Shown here: positions 10,008 through 19,635 of the stretch, piece after piece
How positions within the stretch are numbered: position 1 is the stretch's first letter
Layout: each line of letters starts with the position of its first letter
DNA from: a virus
Lineage: Duplodnaviria; Caudoviricetes
DNA: 49,433 nucleotides
IMG/VR virus record: IMGVR_UViG_3300036982_000470
Span: 1 to 49,433 of that record
Strand: one strand, 5' to 3'
Notes under the pieces: model-generated
What the model was told of the DNA's origin: nothing
Database searches by the model: none
The model's input: the letters and a program-made list of their open reading frames with translations, nothing else
Made by a program: the position numbers and the translations under genes

Positions 10008-11396
10008 TTAAAAGCCTAGAGCAATCCACTGTAAATTAGCTTGAAGCTGGTCAACTGTGTAATTATTAGGAGCTCCAAACCAATATTTAAAGTCTAAACT
10101 ACTAGAAAACCTAGCTTGGTTACCTGGATTAATAGACAATATCCTACCCCAAGTTCCTACCCAATCTTTAATAAGGTCAGCAGCAGCCCCATTAAATGCT
10201 ACATAATCATCTATCGCGTATATATTAGATTCTACTGGAACGCCTACTCCACCAATAGCTTCATATAAAAATCCAAATTTTGGAGTAATTACTAAGTGCG
10301 CTGCTTCTCCATCTAGGTACGGACTAAATTTTCCAAATACTTTGTACTCACCTAAGATGAATACGTCTACAACCTTACAAGTATAGTTAGTAATAGTTTG
10401 TATTGGGGTAGACCCTGAGCTTTGAACATTTGGAACTGTTACAGCCGTAGGTCCTGTATACGTATGTAAAACGTTACCTACATAACGTTTAAATCTACTA
10501 GTCAAATCTAACCCGCAAAGATTACCAACAATTTGCTCACAACAAGGGGCAAAGCAAACTGTAGTTCCAGCTGGAATTGTATCCATCCCTACAGGAGCAG
10601 GAGACACAGTAGCTGTAAACTGAAACAGGGATAATACATTAACAACTACGAACCTATCAGGCCTACCACCTATAATAAAAATATCTCCAGCGGCAAAGTC
10701 AACCGTACTAGCTACATTTATTGTATAAGGCCCAGCATTACCGATAATAAGCCCTAAATCTGAAGTTAATTCAGTACAAATACTAATAGGAGCATCTAAC
10801 GTTTGAAACTGAACTTCGTTTGTTCCAGCGTCTAGAGATACAGGCACTTGTCCTACAGCCGTAGCGTCCAGGGGCTGCATAACTCCTGCTTTGCAGACCA
10901 TTAGTGTTCCATCAGCTACAGCATTATTGGTACAAGGATTATCAATTCCTATAGGACTATCGACTACAGTAAAAAGAGTACAAGCAGGAACTGCCGTTCC
11001 TGGAGCTGCGTTACCGTCCTGGCACTCGTTTTCTACGATTATTGTAGAAGTGGCAAAGTCAAATGAAATAACTTTTAAATATCCGTACAAAGGATTCCAA
11101 AGATAAGTGCCAATTGTAATTAGCTGAAGCCCTGGAATCGTAAGAGTGACACGCTCCCCACAAGCAGGAAGGTTAAAGCTATTTGCTACAGGAAGTCCTG
11201 TTACATATTGATTTTGAATACGTACATCTACATGATGTTCTTGGCACCCAGCTGCTTGATTGTAATAAGGAGCAGCGCTGGCAGCAACTCCGGTCATGCA
11301 TCCACAAGAGCCGGAAGTTACCCCACAAGTAGGGCAAAGGGTATTCTCACAAGTGGATACATTTGATTCAATGTTATTGTTACAATTGCATGTCAT
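10008..11396 (-). CDS. Cys-rich tail fibre/appendage protein, paralog D1
   Basis: Starts MTCNCN. About 290 N-terminal residues align with 11408-12898 up to CCEQI; the C-terminal domain is divergent. Confidence 0.65.
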   Translation of the reverse strand: MTCNCNNNIESNVSTCENTLCPTCGVTSGSCGCMTGVAASAAPYYNQAAGCQEHHVDVRIQNQYVTGLPVANSFNLPACGERVTLTIPGLQLITIGTYLWNPLYGYLKVISFDFATSTIIVENECQDGNAAPGTAVPACTLFTVVDSPIGIDNPCTNNAVADGTLMVCKAGVMQPLDATAVGQVPVSLDAGTNEVQFQTLDAPISICTELTSDLGLIIGNAGPYTINVASTVDFAAGDIFIIGGRPDRFVVVNVLSLFQFTATVSPAPVGMDTIPAGTTVCFAPCCEQIVGNLCGLDLTSRFKRYVGNVLHTYTGPTAVTVPNVQSSGSTPIQTITNYTCKVVDVFILGEYKVFGKFSPYLDGEAAHLVITPKFGFLYEAIGGVGVPVESNIYAIDDYVAFNGAAADLIKDWVGTWGRILSINPGNQARFSSSLDFKYWFGAPNNYTVDQLQANLQWIALGF

Positions 11397-11407
11397 AAAA
11401 CAATCCT

Positions 11408-12898
11408 TTAATAAGAAGCCTCAAACGCATCAATTTGTAGCCGTATGCTTTGTACAATATAAGACACAACATTATTTGAAGTAGATGACACTGGCATTTC
11501 TACAGTTAGCTGAGCTGACATTTTAAGTTCATTACCAGGAATTACACCTAAAATATACATTTTACTATATGTATACGTCTTAGCCATTGGCTGTATAAAA
11601 GCTCCTGAATTATATACTAAGTAGTCATCCCAATCAAACAATGCAGCAGGCACCGGAGCAGGGGCTGCTCCAATCAACCCAGTTGTCCATGCGAATTTAG
11701 GAATTAATCTAAGACGAGCCCAATGGCTTAAATCAGTGGTTATAACACAATTTCCATGAACTCTATAAGACACAAACACATAATATCTAGAATTAACACA
11801 AAGAGTATTATGTAACGTTGGCAGAGCAACACCCGCAAGGGGGACTGCCGACCCCACATAAACACTATCTGGTCCCGTTAGTCCACCAGTAGCTCCAGCG
11901 CCTGCATGTCCAAATCTAGCGTCTAAATCCCATGAACATGGGTCTGCAACATAGTTATTAAAAATATTAGTTATATTTGTTATCTCATCACCTAGATCTA
12001 AATCTATTTGCTCGCAACATCCAATATGACACACAGGAGTTGTTGCTGGAATAACTTCGTTACCAGGCAGTGGGTCAACTGTTGCTGTAAATGTTGTTGG
12101 AGCAGTAACTAAAACAACCGTAAACCTATCAGTTCTACCACCTATTTGAAGTACATTTCCAGGAGCAAAAGTTGCTGTGTCAGTTACAGTAAGTACATAG
12201 GGGCCTGCGTTTCCAGCAATAAGAGTTAAATCAATAGTCAATTCTTCACAGATTCTTGTGGGAATATCAATATTTTGAAAAGAAACTATATTATTAACAG
12301 GGTCTGTTAGTACTGGAATCTGTCCAATCTCTGCACCATCCAAGGGATGCATTATACCACCAGAGCACACCATCAAAGAGCCGCTGTCTACAATACTATT
12401 CTCACAAGCATTAACAGCTAAGTTAGGAATATCAACTATAGTAAACACGGTACAAGCTGGAATTGTAGTTCCAGGAACAGCGTTACCTTCTAGGCACTCG
12501 TTTTCTACAACTACGCTAGAAGAAGCAAAATCAAAAGAAACTACTTTTAAGTACCCATAAACAGTGTTCCAAAGATAGACTCCAATATTAATTAGCTGAA
12601 GCCCTGGAATAACAAGTACAGCTGTTTGGTTGCAGGCAGGCATATTAAAAGTATTAGAAATGCTAACTCCAGTTACATACTGGCTTTGAATACAAACTCG
12701 TTTGTGTGATTCTTCACATCCTTCAGCAGCGTTGTAATAGGGGATAGCGGTGCCTGCTACTCCTGGCTGGCAACCGCATCCTGTATTACAGCCACAGTTA
12801 TTTACGAATGTTTGGGTAACACAAGTAGTAGGGCAAGTCTCATTACATTCAGTAGCATTCGATTCATTCGATTCGTTATCATTACAATTGCAAGTCAT
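11408..12898 (-). CDS. Cys-rich tail fibre/appendage protein, paralog D2
   Basis: Starts MTCNCN and shares IPGLQLIxIGxYLWNxxYGYLKVxSFDFAxSxxxVENEC with D1. Confidence 0.65.
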   Translation of the reverse strand: MTCNCNDNESNESNATECNETCPTTCVTQTFVNNCGCNTGCGCQPGVAGTAIPYYNAAEGCEESHKRVCIQSQYVTGVSISNTFNMPACNQTAVLVIPGLQLINIGVYLWNTVYGYLKVVSFDFASSSVVVENECLEGNAVPGTTIPACTVFTIVDIPNLAVNACENSIVDSGSLMVCSGGIMHPLDGAEIGQIPVLTDPVNNIVSFQNIDIPTRICEELTIDLTLIAGNAGPYVLTVTDTATFAPGNVLQIGGRTDRFTVVLVTAPTTFTATVDPLPGNEVIPATTPVCHIGCCEQIDLDLGDEITNITNIFNNYVADPCSWDLDARFGHAGAGATGGLTGPDSVYVGSAVPLAGVALPTLHNTLCVNSRYYVFVSYRVHGNCVITTDLSHWARLRLIPKFAWTTGLIGAAPAPVPAALFDWDDYLVYNSGAFIQPMAKTYTYSKMYILGVIPGNELKMSAQLTVEMPVSSTSNNVVSYIVQSIRLQIDAFEASY

Positions 12899-12903
12899 AC
12901 TAA

Positions 12904-13212
12904 TTACCTTACTAAATGTCTAAACAGTTCTTCAGCTATTACAATTAACGCTGCAGTATAAATACCAAAGTACACATTAACTACTGTACCTAAAGAAGTT
13001 AATTTTTTGTCTATAATTGCTAGTTTTGTTAAAGATTCCTTTTCAATATCTAAAAATCTAGACAATAAATCTTCTCTACAAACTGTATGTCTAGTAGTTT
13101 GTTCTCTTAATTCCTCTTGTAAGCTTTTAATGCTATCTTTACTTTCTTTTAACTGTACGCTCATGGTATTCATCCATTCTTGCAGCCATTTATCCGTATC
13201 GTCGTTATTCAT
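12904..13212 (-). CDS. Coiled-coil protein with a C-terminal TM helix (holin/XhlA-like candidate)
   Basis: N-terminal heptads followed by the hydrophobic stretch LGTVVNVYFGIYTAALIVIA. Confidence 0.5.
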   Translation of the reverse strand: MNNDDTDKWLQEWMNTMSVQLKESKDSIKSLQEELREQTTRHTVCREDLLSRFLDIEKESLTKLAIIDKKLTSLGTVVNVYFGIYTAALIVIAEELFRHLVR

Positions 13213-13248
13213 TATCTAAGTTCTTTATAGACTGCGATAATTTACATA

Positions 13249-13512
13249 TTATTTTTTATCAACAGACTTATCTTTACAAGTCTTTACTTCATCTTGGGTA
13301 GCTTTATATTCCTTTTGCAGGTCAGTAACGTCTTTAGACATTTTTACTAATCCTTGTTGAATCTGAGAAAAAGTAGAAGCATCTTTCCCCTGTACTGATA
13401 CTTGGGCTAGAGCTATTAAAATCTCTCTTAATCCAGCATTAACATCTTCATACTTATCAGCGCTGGCTGATAATGGCAGTAAAAGTAACAAACAAATGAC
13501 GGCTTTTTTCAT
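13249..13512 (-). CDS. Small exported coiled-coil protein
   Basis: Sec-type signal MKKAVICLLLLLPLSASA|D and an AAGGAG SD. Confidence 0.7.
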   Translation of the reverse strand: MKKAVICLLLLLPLSASADKYEDVNAGLREILIALAQVSVQGKDASTFSQIQQGLVKMSKDVTDLQKEYKATQDEVKTCKDKSVDKK

Positions 13513-13542
13513 ATAGTCTCCTTTAGTTAAAGTGTAAAAATA

Positions 13543-16539
13543 TTATAGTTCAGCTCCTTCAATACACCATAGTTGAGTTGTACTTGTAGCATGGCAATAC
13601 AGGCCTGTTGCTTTATGAAGTTCCACAGATCCATTATCAGCTATATTATTAATGTTGTCAGTCGCACTTCCTGCGTATACATGCACATGAGAAGTACCAT
13701 CAGTGTTATAAATAACATAACGCTGGCCCGATATAAGAGGAGTGGGAAATTTAACACCCTTTGTTTCGTCAGCACCCGTAACAGTTACAACTACAGAAGT
13801 AATTACTGCAGCACCTGCTAAATCACTTCCAGCGGCAGCTACAGTATTAATTTTATCAACTAAACCATATAAATCACGGTTAAATATAAGGTTACCACCA
13901 GTAGTAGCATTGTTAACTAAGTCTCCATCTGCCTCAAGAGTCCATTTATTAGTGCCAACTGTATTAAATTTAATAGTTCCAGCAGTTCCAGTACCAGCTT
14001 CTAAAGTCATACCAGCGCCAACTCCAGCGCCTCCAAAGTCATCACCAAGAAGAATAATACTAGCACCGCGAGCTGTACCAATAGTATCTGATGCATATAT
14101 TTCAACACTTCCCCAATCACTGCCATTTACAGTATCAGTTCTTATTGTTGCTAATGGTGGATATGCTGCTAATCCTGCTCCGGATGCAATTGTTATATCC
14201 CCACCCCTATTGGTATTGTTAACATCTTGACCTTGTAAAATAATATAAGCACCACGAGTACCGGATGGAGTGCCGCCAGCCGCAGCGAGATTACCCCCAA
14301 GTATCCGCAAAGTACCATCGTCATCTCCGTCAGTAGTATTAAAACGGATAGTAGCAACTCCGGCGTCATAAGTTGCATCTCCAAAATACATTTCTGGATA
14401 ATCACTGGAAGAGGTATCAGCAATAGTAACACGATAAGCCGCATGAGTAACTAATCTTATCTGACCTGCTGCATCTGCGCCGTTTATATTAATGCTACCC
14501 GCGTTAACAGCTGACTGCTCACCGTATAAAGTAATAAGACTACCTCTATTCCCTGTAGCAGCTCCACCAGCAGAAATAGCGATTCTACCCCAATCAGAAC
14601 CATCAGCAGAATCATTACGTATTGTTACGATAGGATAATCTGTGTTAGAAGCTCCAACACCACCAACAATATTAATATTACCACCAGAATTAGCCCCTCC
14701 TACATCTTCACCCTCTAATTGAACATAAGCTCCACGGGTACCAGACATAGTAGATGCTCCACCTGCAGTTATCTGTAATATTGAATCATCGTCCCCATCA
14801 GCAGTGCGCCCCCTAATTGTGAATACTGGAAGGGTTGTTGATGCAGCTCCTAAAATAACCTCAACATCATCAGCGTCAGACATTGCTGCAAGTTGTAGTT
14901 TATTATAACCGTTTTGGAGAACAGTGAATGCATTGAGAGTTCCAGTTCCTGTTTCAGCAGTAATTCCAGCGCCTAGTCCCGCGCCACCTGTATCATTGCC
15001 AAGTAAATTTATCCAGGCACTTCTAATTGTATTATTTGTTGACGAAGCCATTATAGTAATAGTACCATTATCAGTTCCATCAACTGATGAGATTCCAAGT
15101 CTAAGATCAGGAGCATCCCCCCTACCTGCCCAAATATTTAAATCTGCACCTTGTTTCCAACCTCCTACGTCATTGCCTTGAATTTGAATATAGCCTCCAC
15201 GGCTAACATCGACAGCACCTCCTCCTGTAAGATAAAGAGTAGTATCATCAGAGTTATCCGCCCGCGCTCCTCTAATAGTACCTATAGACGAGGCTAAAGC
15301 AGAAGTTCCAAATACCAAGTCCGAAACAGTCGCAGCGCCTATAGGCATAGTCCATTTAGAAGAAGTAACATTGCTACTTACTTGAGTCCAAAAATCAATG
15401 TAACCAGTAGTCCCACCACCGCCTGAAATAGTTACTGTACCTCCTGTAGCAGCCCCACCATAGTCATTCCCAAGTAGTTGAATGCCTGCACCCCTGTCTC
15501 CGCTGTAAGACCCTCCAGCAGTAAGTTGTATATAAGCGTCATCTGAACCATCTAGCTTTTGTGACCTAACAAGGAACCCAGGAGAAACATCAGCAAGAAT
15601 ACCATAAGTAATTACAGCTAATGGAGTAGTGCTTAAAGGGATAGAAAAATGCTGAACACCACCTGTATTAAAGTAAATCCCTCCGTCTCCAGCTTCATTA
15701 CCAGCGCTTAAAAGAAGCTTTCCGTCACTTGCATGTTCATTGCCATATAAACCAATGTACGCCCCACGAGTAGACGCTGTTGCCCCTCCTCCTGCAAGAA
15801 ATAGTACAGACACATCATCAGCATCTGTACGATTACTTCTAATTGTAGCAGTACTGGATGAATAGGAGCCATCACCATATTCTAAATCTTGTAAGATATT
15901 CGACCCTGTAGTAGGCATATACCAACCAGCATAACTTGCTGGTTCAAACCTAATCGCACTGCCAGCTACACTACCTGTTGAAATTACGGTGTCTCCAGCA
16001 TAAGCCGCTGCTGCAAATTCATTACCATACAAGTCAATAAAAGCTCCCCTAGAGCTAACAGGAAAAGCTGCAGGAGCAATATGTAAAAGCCCTGTATCAG
16101 CCCCGTCCAAGGTATAACCTAAGATACTTCCTACAGGATTAGCAGTTGCATGGTCCCCAAAAATGAAATTAGATGTTCCAACTGCACTAGCATCTATAGC
16201 CCATTTTAAAGCGGTTGTATTAGCAGCTGTCCAAGTATAGAAATCAATTGTAGCTGCAGCTGTTCCTGACCCAGAAGAAATAATAGCTTTTCCTCTATCA
16301 GTAGTCTTTTCGTTACCAGTTAGAGTAATAAAAGCTCCACGGCTTCCAGCTACGTCACCACCTCCTGCAATGCTAATGGCATTAGCATCAGCAGTATCTA
16401 TAGTAGTAGCTGTAATAGTAAATGGAACTGGAGCATCAAAGTACTGATTATAATGAAAATACCTTGAAGTGTATTCTTGAGCATTTGCAGTTAATGCAAA
16501 TAAGCTTAAAAGAACTAAAGCAAGTTTAATTTTTCTCAT
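13543..16539 (-). CDS. Signal-peptide-bearing beta-repeat fibre/adhesin-like protein, paralog B1 (998 aa)
   Basis: Signal MRKIKLALVLLSLFALTANA|Q. Ten copies of an RGAxIxLxG(N/E/Q/D)(E/D/Q) repeat. Fibre-like C-terminal domain. Confidence 0.7.
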   Translation of the reverse strand: MRKIKLALVLLSLFALTANAQEYTSRYFHYNQYFDAPVPFTITATTIDTADANAISIAGGGDVAGSRGAFITLTGNEKTTDRGKAIISSGSGTAAATIDFYTWTAANTTALKWAIDASAVGTSNFIFGDHATANPVGSILGYTLDGADTGLLHIAPAAFPVSSRGAFIDLYGNEFAAAAYAGDTVISTGSVAGSAIRFEPASYAGWYMPTTGSNILQDLEYGDGSYSSSTATIRSNRTDADDVSVLFLAGGGATASTRGAYIGLYGNEHASDGKLLLSAGNEAGDGGIYFNTGGVQHFSIPLSTTPLAVITYGILADVSPGFLVRSQKLDGSDDAYIQLTAGGSYSGDRGAGIQLLGNDYGGAATGGTVTISGGGGTTGYIDFWTQVSSNVTSSKWTMPIGAATVSDLVFGTSALASSIGTIRGARADNSDDTTLYLTGGGAVDVSRGGYIQIQGNDVGGWKQGADLNIWAGRGDAPDLRLGISSVDGTDNGTITIMASSTNNTIRSAWINLLGNDTGGAGLGAGITAETGTGTLNAFTVLQNGYNKLQLAAMSDADDVEVILGAASTTLPVFTIRGRTADGDDDSILQITAGGASTMSGTRGAYVQLEGEDVGGANSGGNINIVGGVGASNTDYPIVTIRNDSADGSDWGRIAISAGGAATGNRGSLITLYGEQSAVNAGSININGADAAGQIRLVTHAAYRVTIADTSSSDYPEMYFGDATYDAGVATIRFNTTDGDDDGTLRILGGNLAAAGGTPSGTRGAYIILQGQDVNNTNRGGDITIASGAGLAAYPPLATIRTDTVNGSDWGSVEIYASDTIGTARGASIILLGDDFGGAGVGAGMTLEAGTGTAGTIKFNTVGTNKWTLEADGDLVNNATTGGNLIFNRDLYGLVDKINTVAAAGSDLAGAAVITSVVVTVTGADETKGVKFPTPLISGQRYVIYNTDGTSHVHVYAGSATDNINNIADNGSVELHKATGLYCHATSTTQLWCIEGAEL

Positions 16540-16547
16540 AAGTTACC

Positions 16548-17000
16548 CTAGTGAATCGAATAAACATAAAATGCCCCAGAAGAAGAGGCTCCACCAATAC
16601 CATAACGAACACTTACAACAGCTGTAGTAATTAGTCCTAAATCTGCTAAACTAACAACTAACTTATCCCCACCTTTCAGATGATATGTAGTAGACCAGCC
16701 AGCATCCATACTTACATAAACATCACCATTAGTTTGATTATCTAAAGTAAATTGCCTAGTGTCGTCTGGAAGATCAACAACTGCCGTATAACCAATTATA
16801 ATTGAACCGTATGCTAATGACGCAAGCACTGGAAAAACTGCATGAGTACTTGGGGTAGGAGTTCCACCACTTATAGCTATTAGTATATCTGCTAAACCAT
16901 CCAATGACCTACAAAGAAGAGTAATTACAGCTTTTTTAAAGGAGCCATTATCTCTATAATGTTGTTCTGGGCAGGCACAAGGGTCACATTGATAAGTCAT
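16548..17000 (-). CDS. Cys-tagged appendage protein, paralog C1
   Basis: MTYQCDPCACPEQHYRDNGSFKKAVITLLC followed by a beta domain (LDNQTNGDVYVS); paralog of 17010-17459. Confidence 0.8.
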   Translation of the reverse strand: MTYQCDPCACPEQHYRDNGSFKKAVITLLCRSLDGLADILIAISGGTPTPSTHAVFPVLASLAYGSIIIGYTAVVDLPDDTRQFTLDNQTNGDVYVSMDAGWSTTYHLKGGDKLVVSLADLGLITTAVVSVRYGIGGASSSGAFYVYSIH

Positions 17001-17009
17001 ATTTACACT

Positions 17010-17459
17010 CTACTTAATAGAATAAACAAAAAATGTTCCTACAGTAGACGGAATAACACCATCTTTAAGCTGGACATCTGCGTTAGTTATTAATCCAATA
17101 TCAGCTAAGTTAAAAGTTTGTTTCCCACCAACTGTCATGTGATACGAATCTGTCGCTCCTCCGTCTAAGCTTACATACACATTTCCATTAGTTTGATTAT
17201 CTAGTATTACTTGCCGGGTATCTGCTGGAAGAATTACAGCTGAAGCGTAAGCGCCTCCAATAGCCGCTGAGGCCACAGGAGTTAAGGATGCAAAAGTAGC
17301 ATTAACAGAAGGAGGTGGGGACCCTCCTCCAGCAGCAATAGCAATATCTGCTATTAAATCATTCATGTTACAAAGAAGAGTAATTACAGCTTTTTTAAAA
17401 GTGCCATCATCTCTATAATGTTGTTCTGGACATACACAAGGGTTACATTGATAAGTCAT
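17010..17459 (-). CDS. Cys-tagged appendage protein, paralog C2
   Basis: MTYQCNPCVCPEQHYRDDGTFKKAVITLLC; GGAGG SD. Confidence 0.8.
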   Translation of the reverse strand: MTYQCNPCVCPEQHYRDDGTFKKAVITLLCNMNDLIADIAIAAGGGSPPPSVNATFASLTPVASAAIGGAYASAVILPADTRQVILDNQTNGNVYVSLDGGATDSYHMTVGGKQTFNLADIGLITNADVQLKDGVIPSTVGTFFVYSIK

Positions 17460-17500
17460 TAGTTGAGACCTCCACTTTAAATCTTTTCATATAATACCCT

Positions 17501-19222
17501 TTAAGTAGTCGTACAAACACAAGAGTCAGCAGCTGCGTTAGTGCAATCAACTAAAGCTGTAGTAGTAATATCATACCCAAAAAGACATCCTTTGTTAGCA
17601 CCACAAGTAGTAGTACAAGCCTGGTCCCCTGCAGCGGCTGCTCTAAAACCTGCATCACTAATAGCCGCATCCAAAGTGCCATCAGCATTGATAGTCCATT
17701 TATTAGCACCAGCTGTGTTAAACTTTAAAGTAGCTGCAGTTCCTGTTCCAGCTTCGAAAGTAATACCTCCGCCAGCTCCTGCACCTCCAACATCATCTCC
17801 CTGTAATACAATACTAGCGGCTCTAGTAGTACCTAAAGTATCTGCAGCATATATTTCAACAGTTCCCCAATCGGAACCATTTACAGTGTCAGTTCTTAGA
17901 GTTGCTAACGGTGTATATGAAGCAGAACCTGCTGCAGCTGCTAAAGTTATATCCCCACCTCTATTGGCATTGTTAACATCTTGACCTTGTAAAATAATAT
18001 AAGCACCACGAGTACCGGAAAGAGTAGAAGAACCACTTGAAGTTATTTGTAATGTAGAGTCGTCATCTCCATCATGTGTAGCAAAACGCATAGTTGCAGT
18101 AACAGCATTATAGCCTGCATCTCCAAAAAATATTTCAGGAGTAGTACTACTTGCAGTATCTGCGATAGTAAGACGATAAGCCGTATGAGTTGCTAGTCTT
18201 ATCTCACCATTAAGAGCCGCGCCTGTTATCTGTACATGCCCCGGATTAGTAGCTGACTGCTCACCATATAAAGTGATAAGACCACCTCTAGATTCTATAG
18301 CAGCCCCGCCAGAAGTAATAGCGACTCTACCCCAATCAGCACCATCAACTGAGTCATTACGTATTGTTACAATAGGATAATCTGTACCAGATGCTCCAAG
18401 TCCCCCAACAATATTAATATCTCCACCTTTATCAGTTCCACCAACATCTTGGCCTTCTAGCTGAATGTAAGCTCCACGATTCCCGACAAGAGTAGACGAA
18501 CCCCCACCTGTAAGATTAAGAATCCCATCATCAGATCCATCGGATCTACTGCTTCTGATAGTAAACACTGGAGATGAGTCAAACGCTGTACCATACGCTA
18601 AATCTACTGCTTGTGTAGCACTGTAGGGTATATTTAAATGTTGAAGTCCTCCGGTATACATAAATATACCTCCAGACCCTCCGCCTAAATGCAGTACACC
18701 AGGGATAGTAAACTCATTCCCGGAAAGCAGGATATAGGCACCTCTGGTATATGACACTGCACCTCCTGGTGTAAGTGCAAGAGATGCGTCATCAGCTCCA
18801 TCAATTTTGTTACTTCTGATGGTAAGCATAGGATTAACATTTAACGCTGTACCAAAAGCTAGCTCTGCTGCTGGTGTTGTACTATAAGGAATATTTAAAT
18901 GTTGAACTCCACCAGTATTAAAATAAATAACGCCACCTGCAGCATCATTTCCGGCCTCTAACTGAAGCATTCCATTATTGGCATGTTCGTTTCCGGCCAA
19001 ACCAATATAAGCGCCTCTTGTAGAAGACACTGCACCTCCACCCGTAAGTTGAAGCGCTTTATTATCGGCTGCATCAGCAGTATCAGCTTTGATGGAAAAT
19101 GGAGTAATAGTATATTTTAAATCACGAGTAAGGGCTGTATCTGTTGGGGTGATAACCTGTGCAGAACTGTTTAATGCTAATAAAAACAAGCATGTGAATA
19201 ATAAACTTCGTATAATTTTCAT
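17501..19222 (-). CDS. Signal-peptide-bearing beta-repeat fibre/adhesin-like protein, paralog B2
   Basis: Start placed at the ATGA overlap (19222; the ORF track gives 19237). Signal MKIIRSLLFTCLFLLALNSSA|Q. Six RGAxIxLxG repeats and a 6-Cys C-terminal domain. Confidence 0.7.
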   Translation of the reverse strand: MKIIRSLLFTCLFLLALNSSAQVITPTDTALTRDLKYTITPFSIKADTADAADNKALQLTGGGAVSSTRGAYIGLAGNEHANNGMLQLEAGNDAAGGVIYFNTGGVQHLNIPYSTTPAAELAFGTALNVNPMLTIRSNKIDGADDASLALTPGGAVSYTRGAYILLSGNEFTIPGVLHLGGGSGGIFMYTGGLQHLNIPYSATQAVDLAYGTAFDSSPVFTIRSSRSDGSDDGILNLTGGGSSTLVGNRGAYIQLEGQDVGGTDKGGDINIVGGLGASGTDYPIVTIRNDSVDGADWGRVAITSGGAAIESRGGLITLYGEQSATNPGHVQITGAALNGEIRLATHTAYRLTIADTASSTTPEIFFGDAGYNAVTATMRFATHDGDDDSTLQITSSGSSTLSGTRGAYIILQGQDVNNANRGGDITLAAAAGSASYTPLATLRTDTVNGSDWGTVEIYAADTLGTTRAASIVLQGDDVGGAGAGGGITFEAGTGTAATLKFNTAGANKWTINADGTLDAAISDAGFRAAAAGDQACTTTCGANKGCLFGYDITTTALVDCTNAAADSCVCTTT

Positions 19223-19635
19223 GTTGGCTGATACCATCCTAAAGTTACAACGTTTCCAGTTACATCCAAAACTGCTAACACATACGGGGGGTCGCTAGGG
19301 AAAGGAGGAAGGCCTGTTGGAAAAATCAAATTAGAATCTATTTCACTTCCAGACACATAATCAATGTAACTTGTAAGGCACCCTCTACAAACAACACCAG
19401 TTACATCTGCTTCTAATAAAGAGTACTCTGGGTCTAAAAGCTGCCCTTCATCATAAGTTACTGCATACCTGTACGTTGTTCTTCCACAAGAGTTAATTAC
19501 ACTGTCTGAAAAAGCTAACGTTCCTTCAATGAAAGGTGCGTTAGCAGCAGTTAAAGCGTCATCTAAACACACAATAACTGCGGCATTACAGCCACAACTT
19601 AGTTTATTATTCGATGTATAGCTTACTGATTTCAT
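19219..19635 (-). CDS. Stand-alone copy of the tailspike N-terminal (putative virion-anchoring) domain
   Basis: LSCGCNAAVIVCLDDALTAANAPFIEG...GVVCRGCLTSYIDY aligns with about residues 1-97 of 19632-23150. Confidence 0.75.
   Translation of the reverse strand: MKSVSYTSNNKLSCGCNAAVIVCLDDALTAANAPFIEGTLAFSDSVINSCGRTTYRYAVTYDEGQLLDPEYSLLEADVTGVVCRGCLTSYIDYVSGSEIDSNLIFPTGLPPFPSDPPYVLAVLDVTGNVVTLGWYQPT

Noticed and set aside
13742-17984. Antisense ORFs 13742-14230, 14924-15181 and 17541-17984
   Set aside because: Shadow frames of Gly/Ala/Thr-rich genes, with no SD and no recognisable motifs.
13543-19222. Paired similar sequences as a DGR template/variable repeat
   Set aside because: No reverse transcriptase is in the window, both copies are coding, and differences are not adenine-specific.
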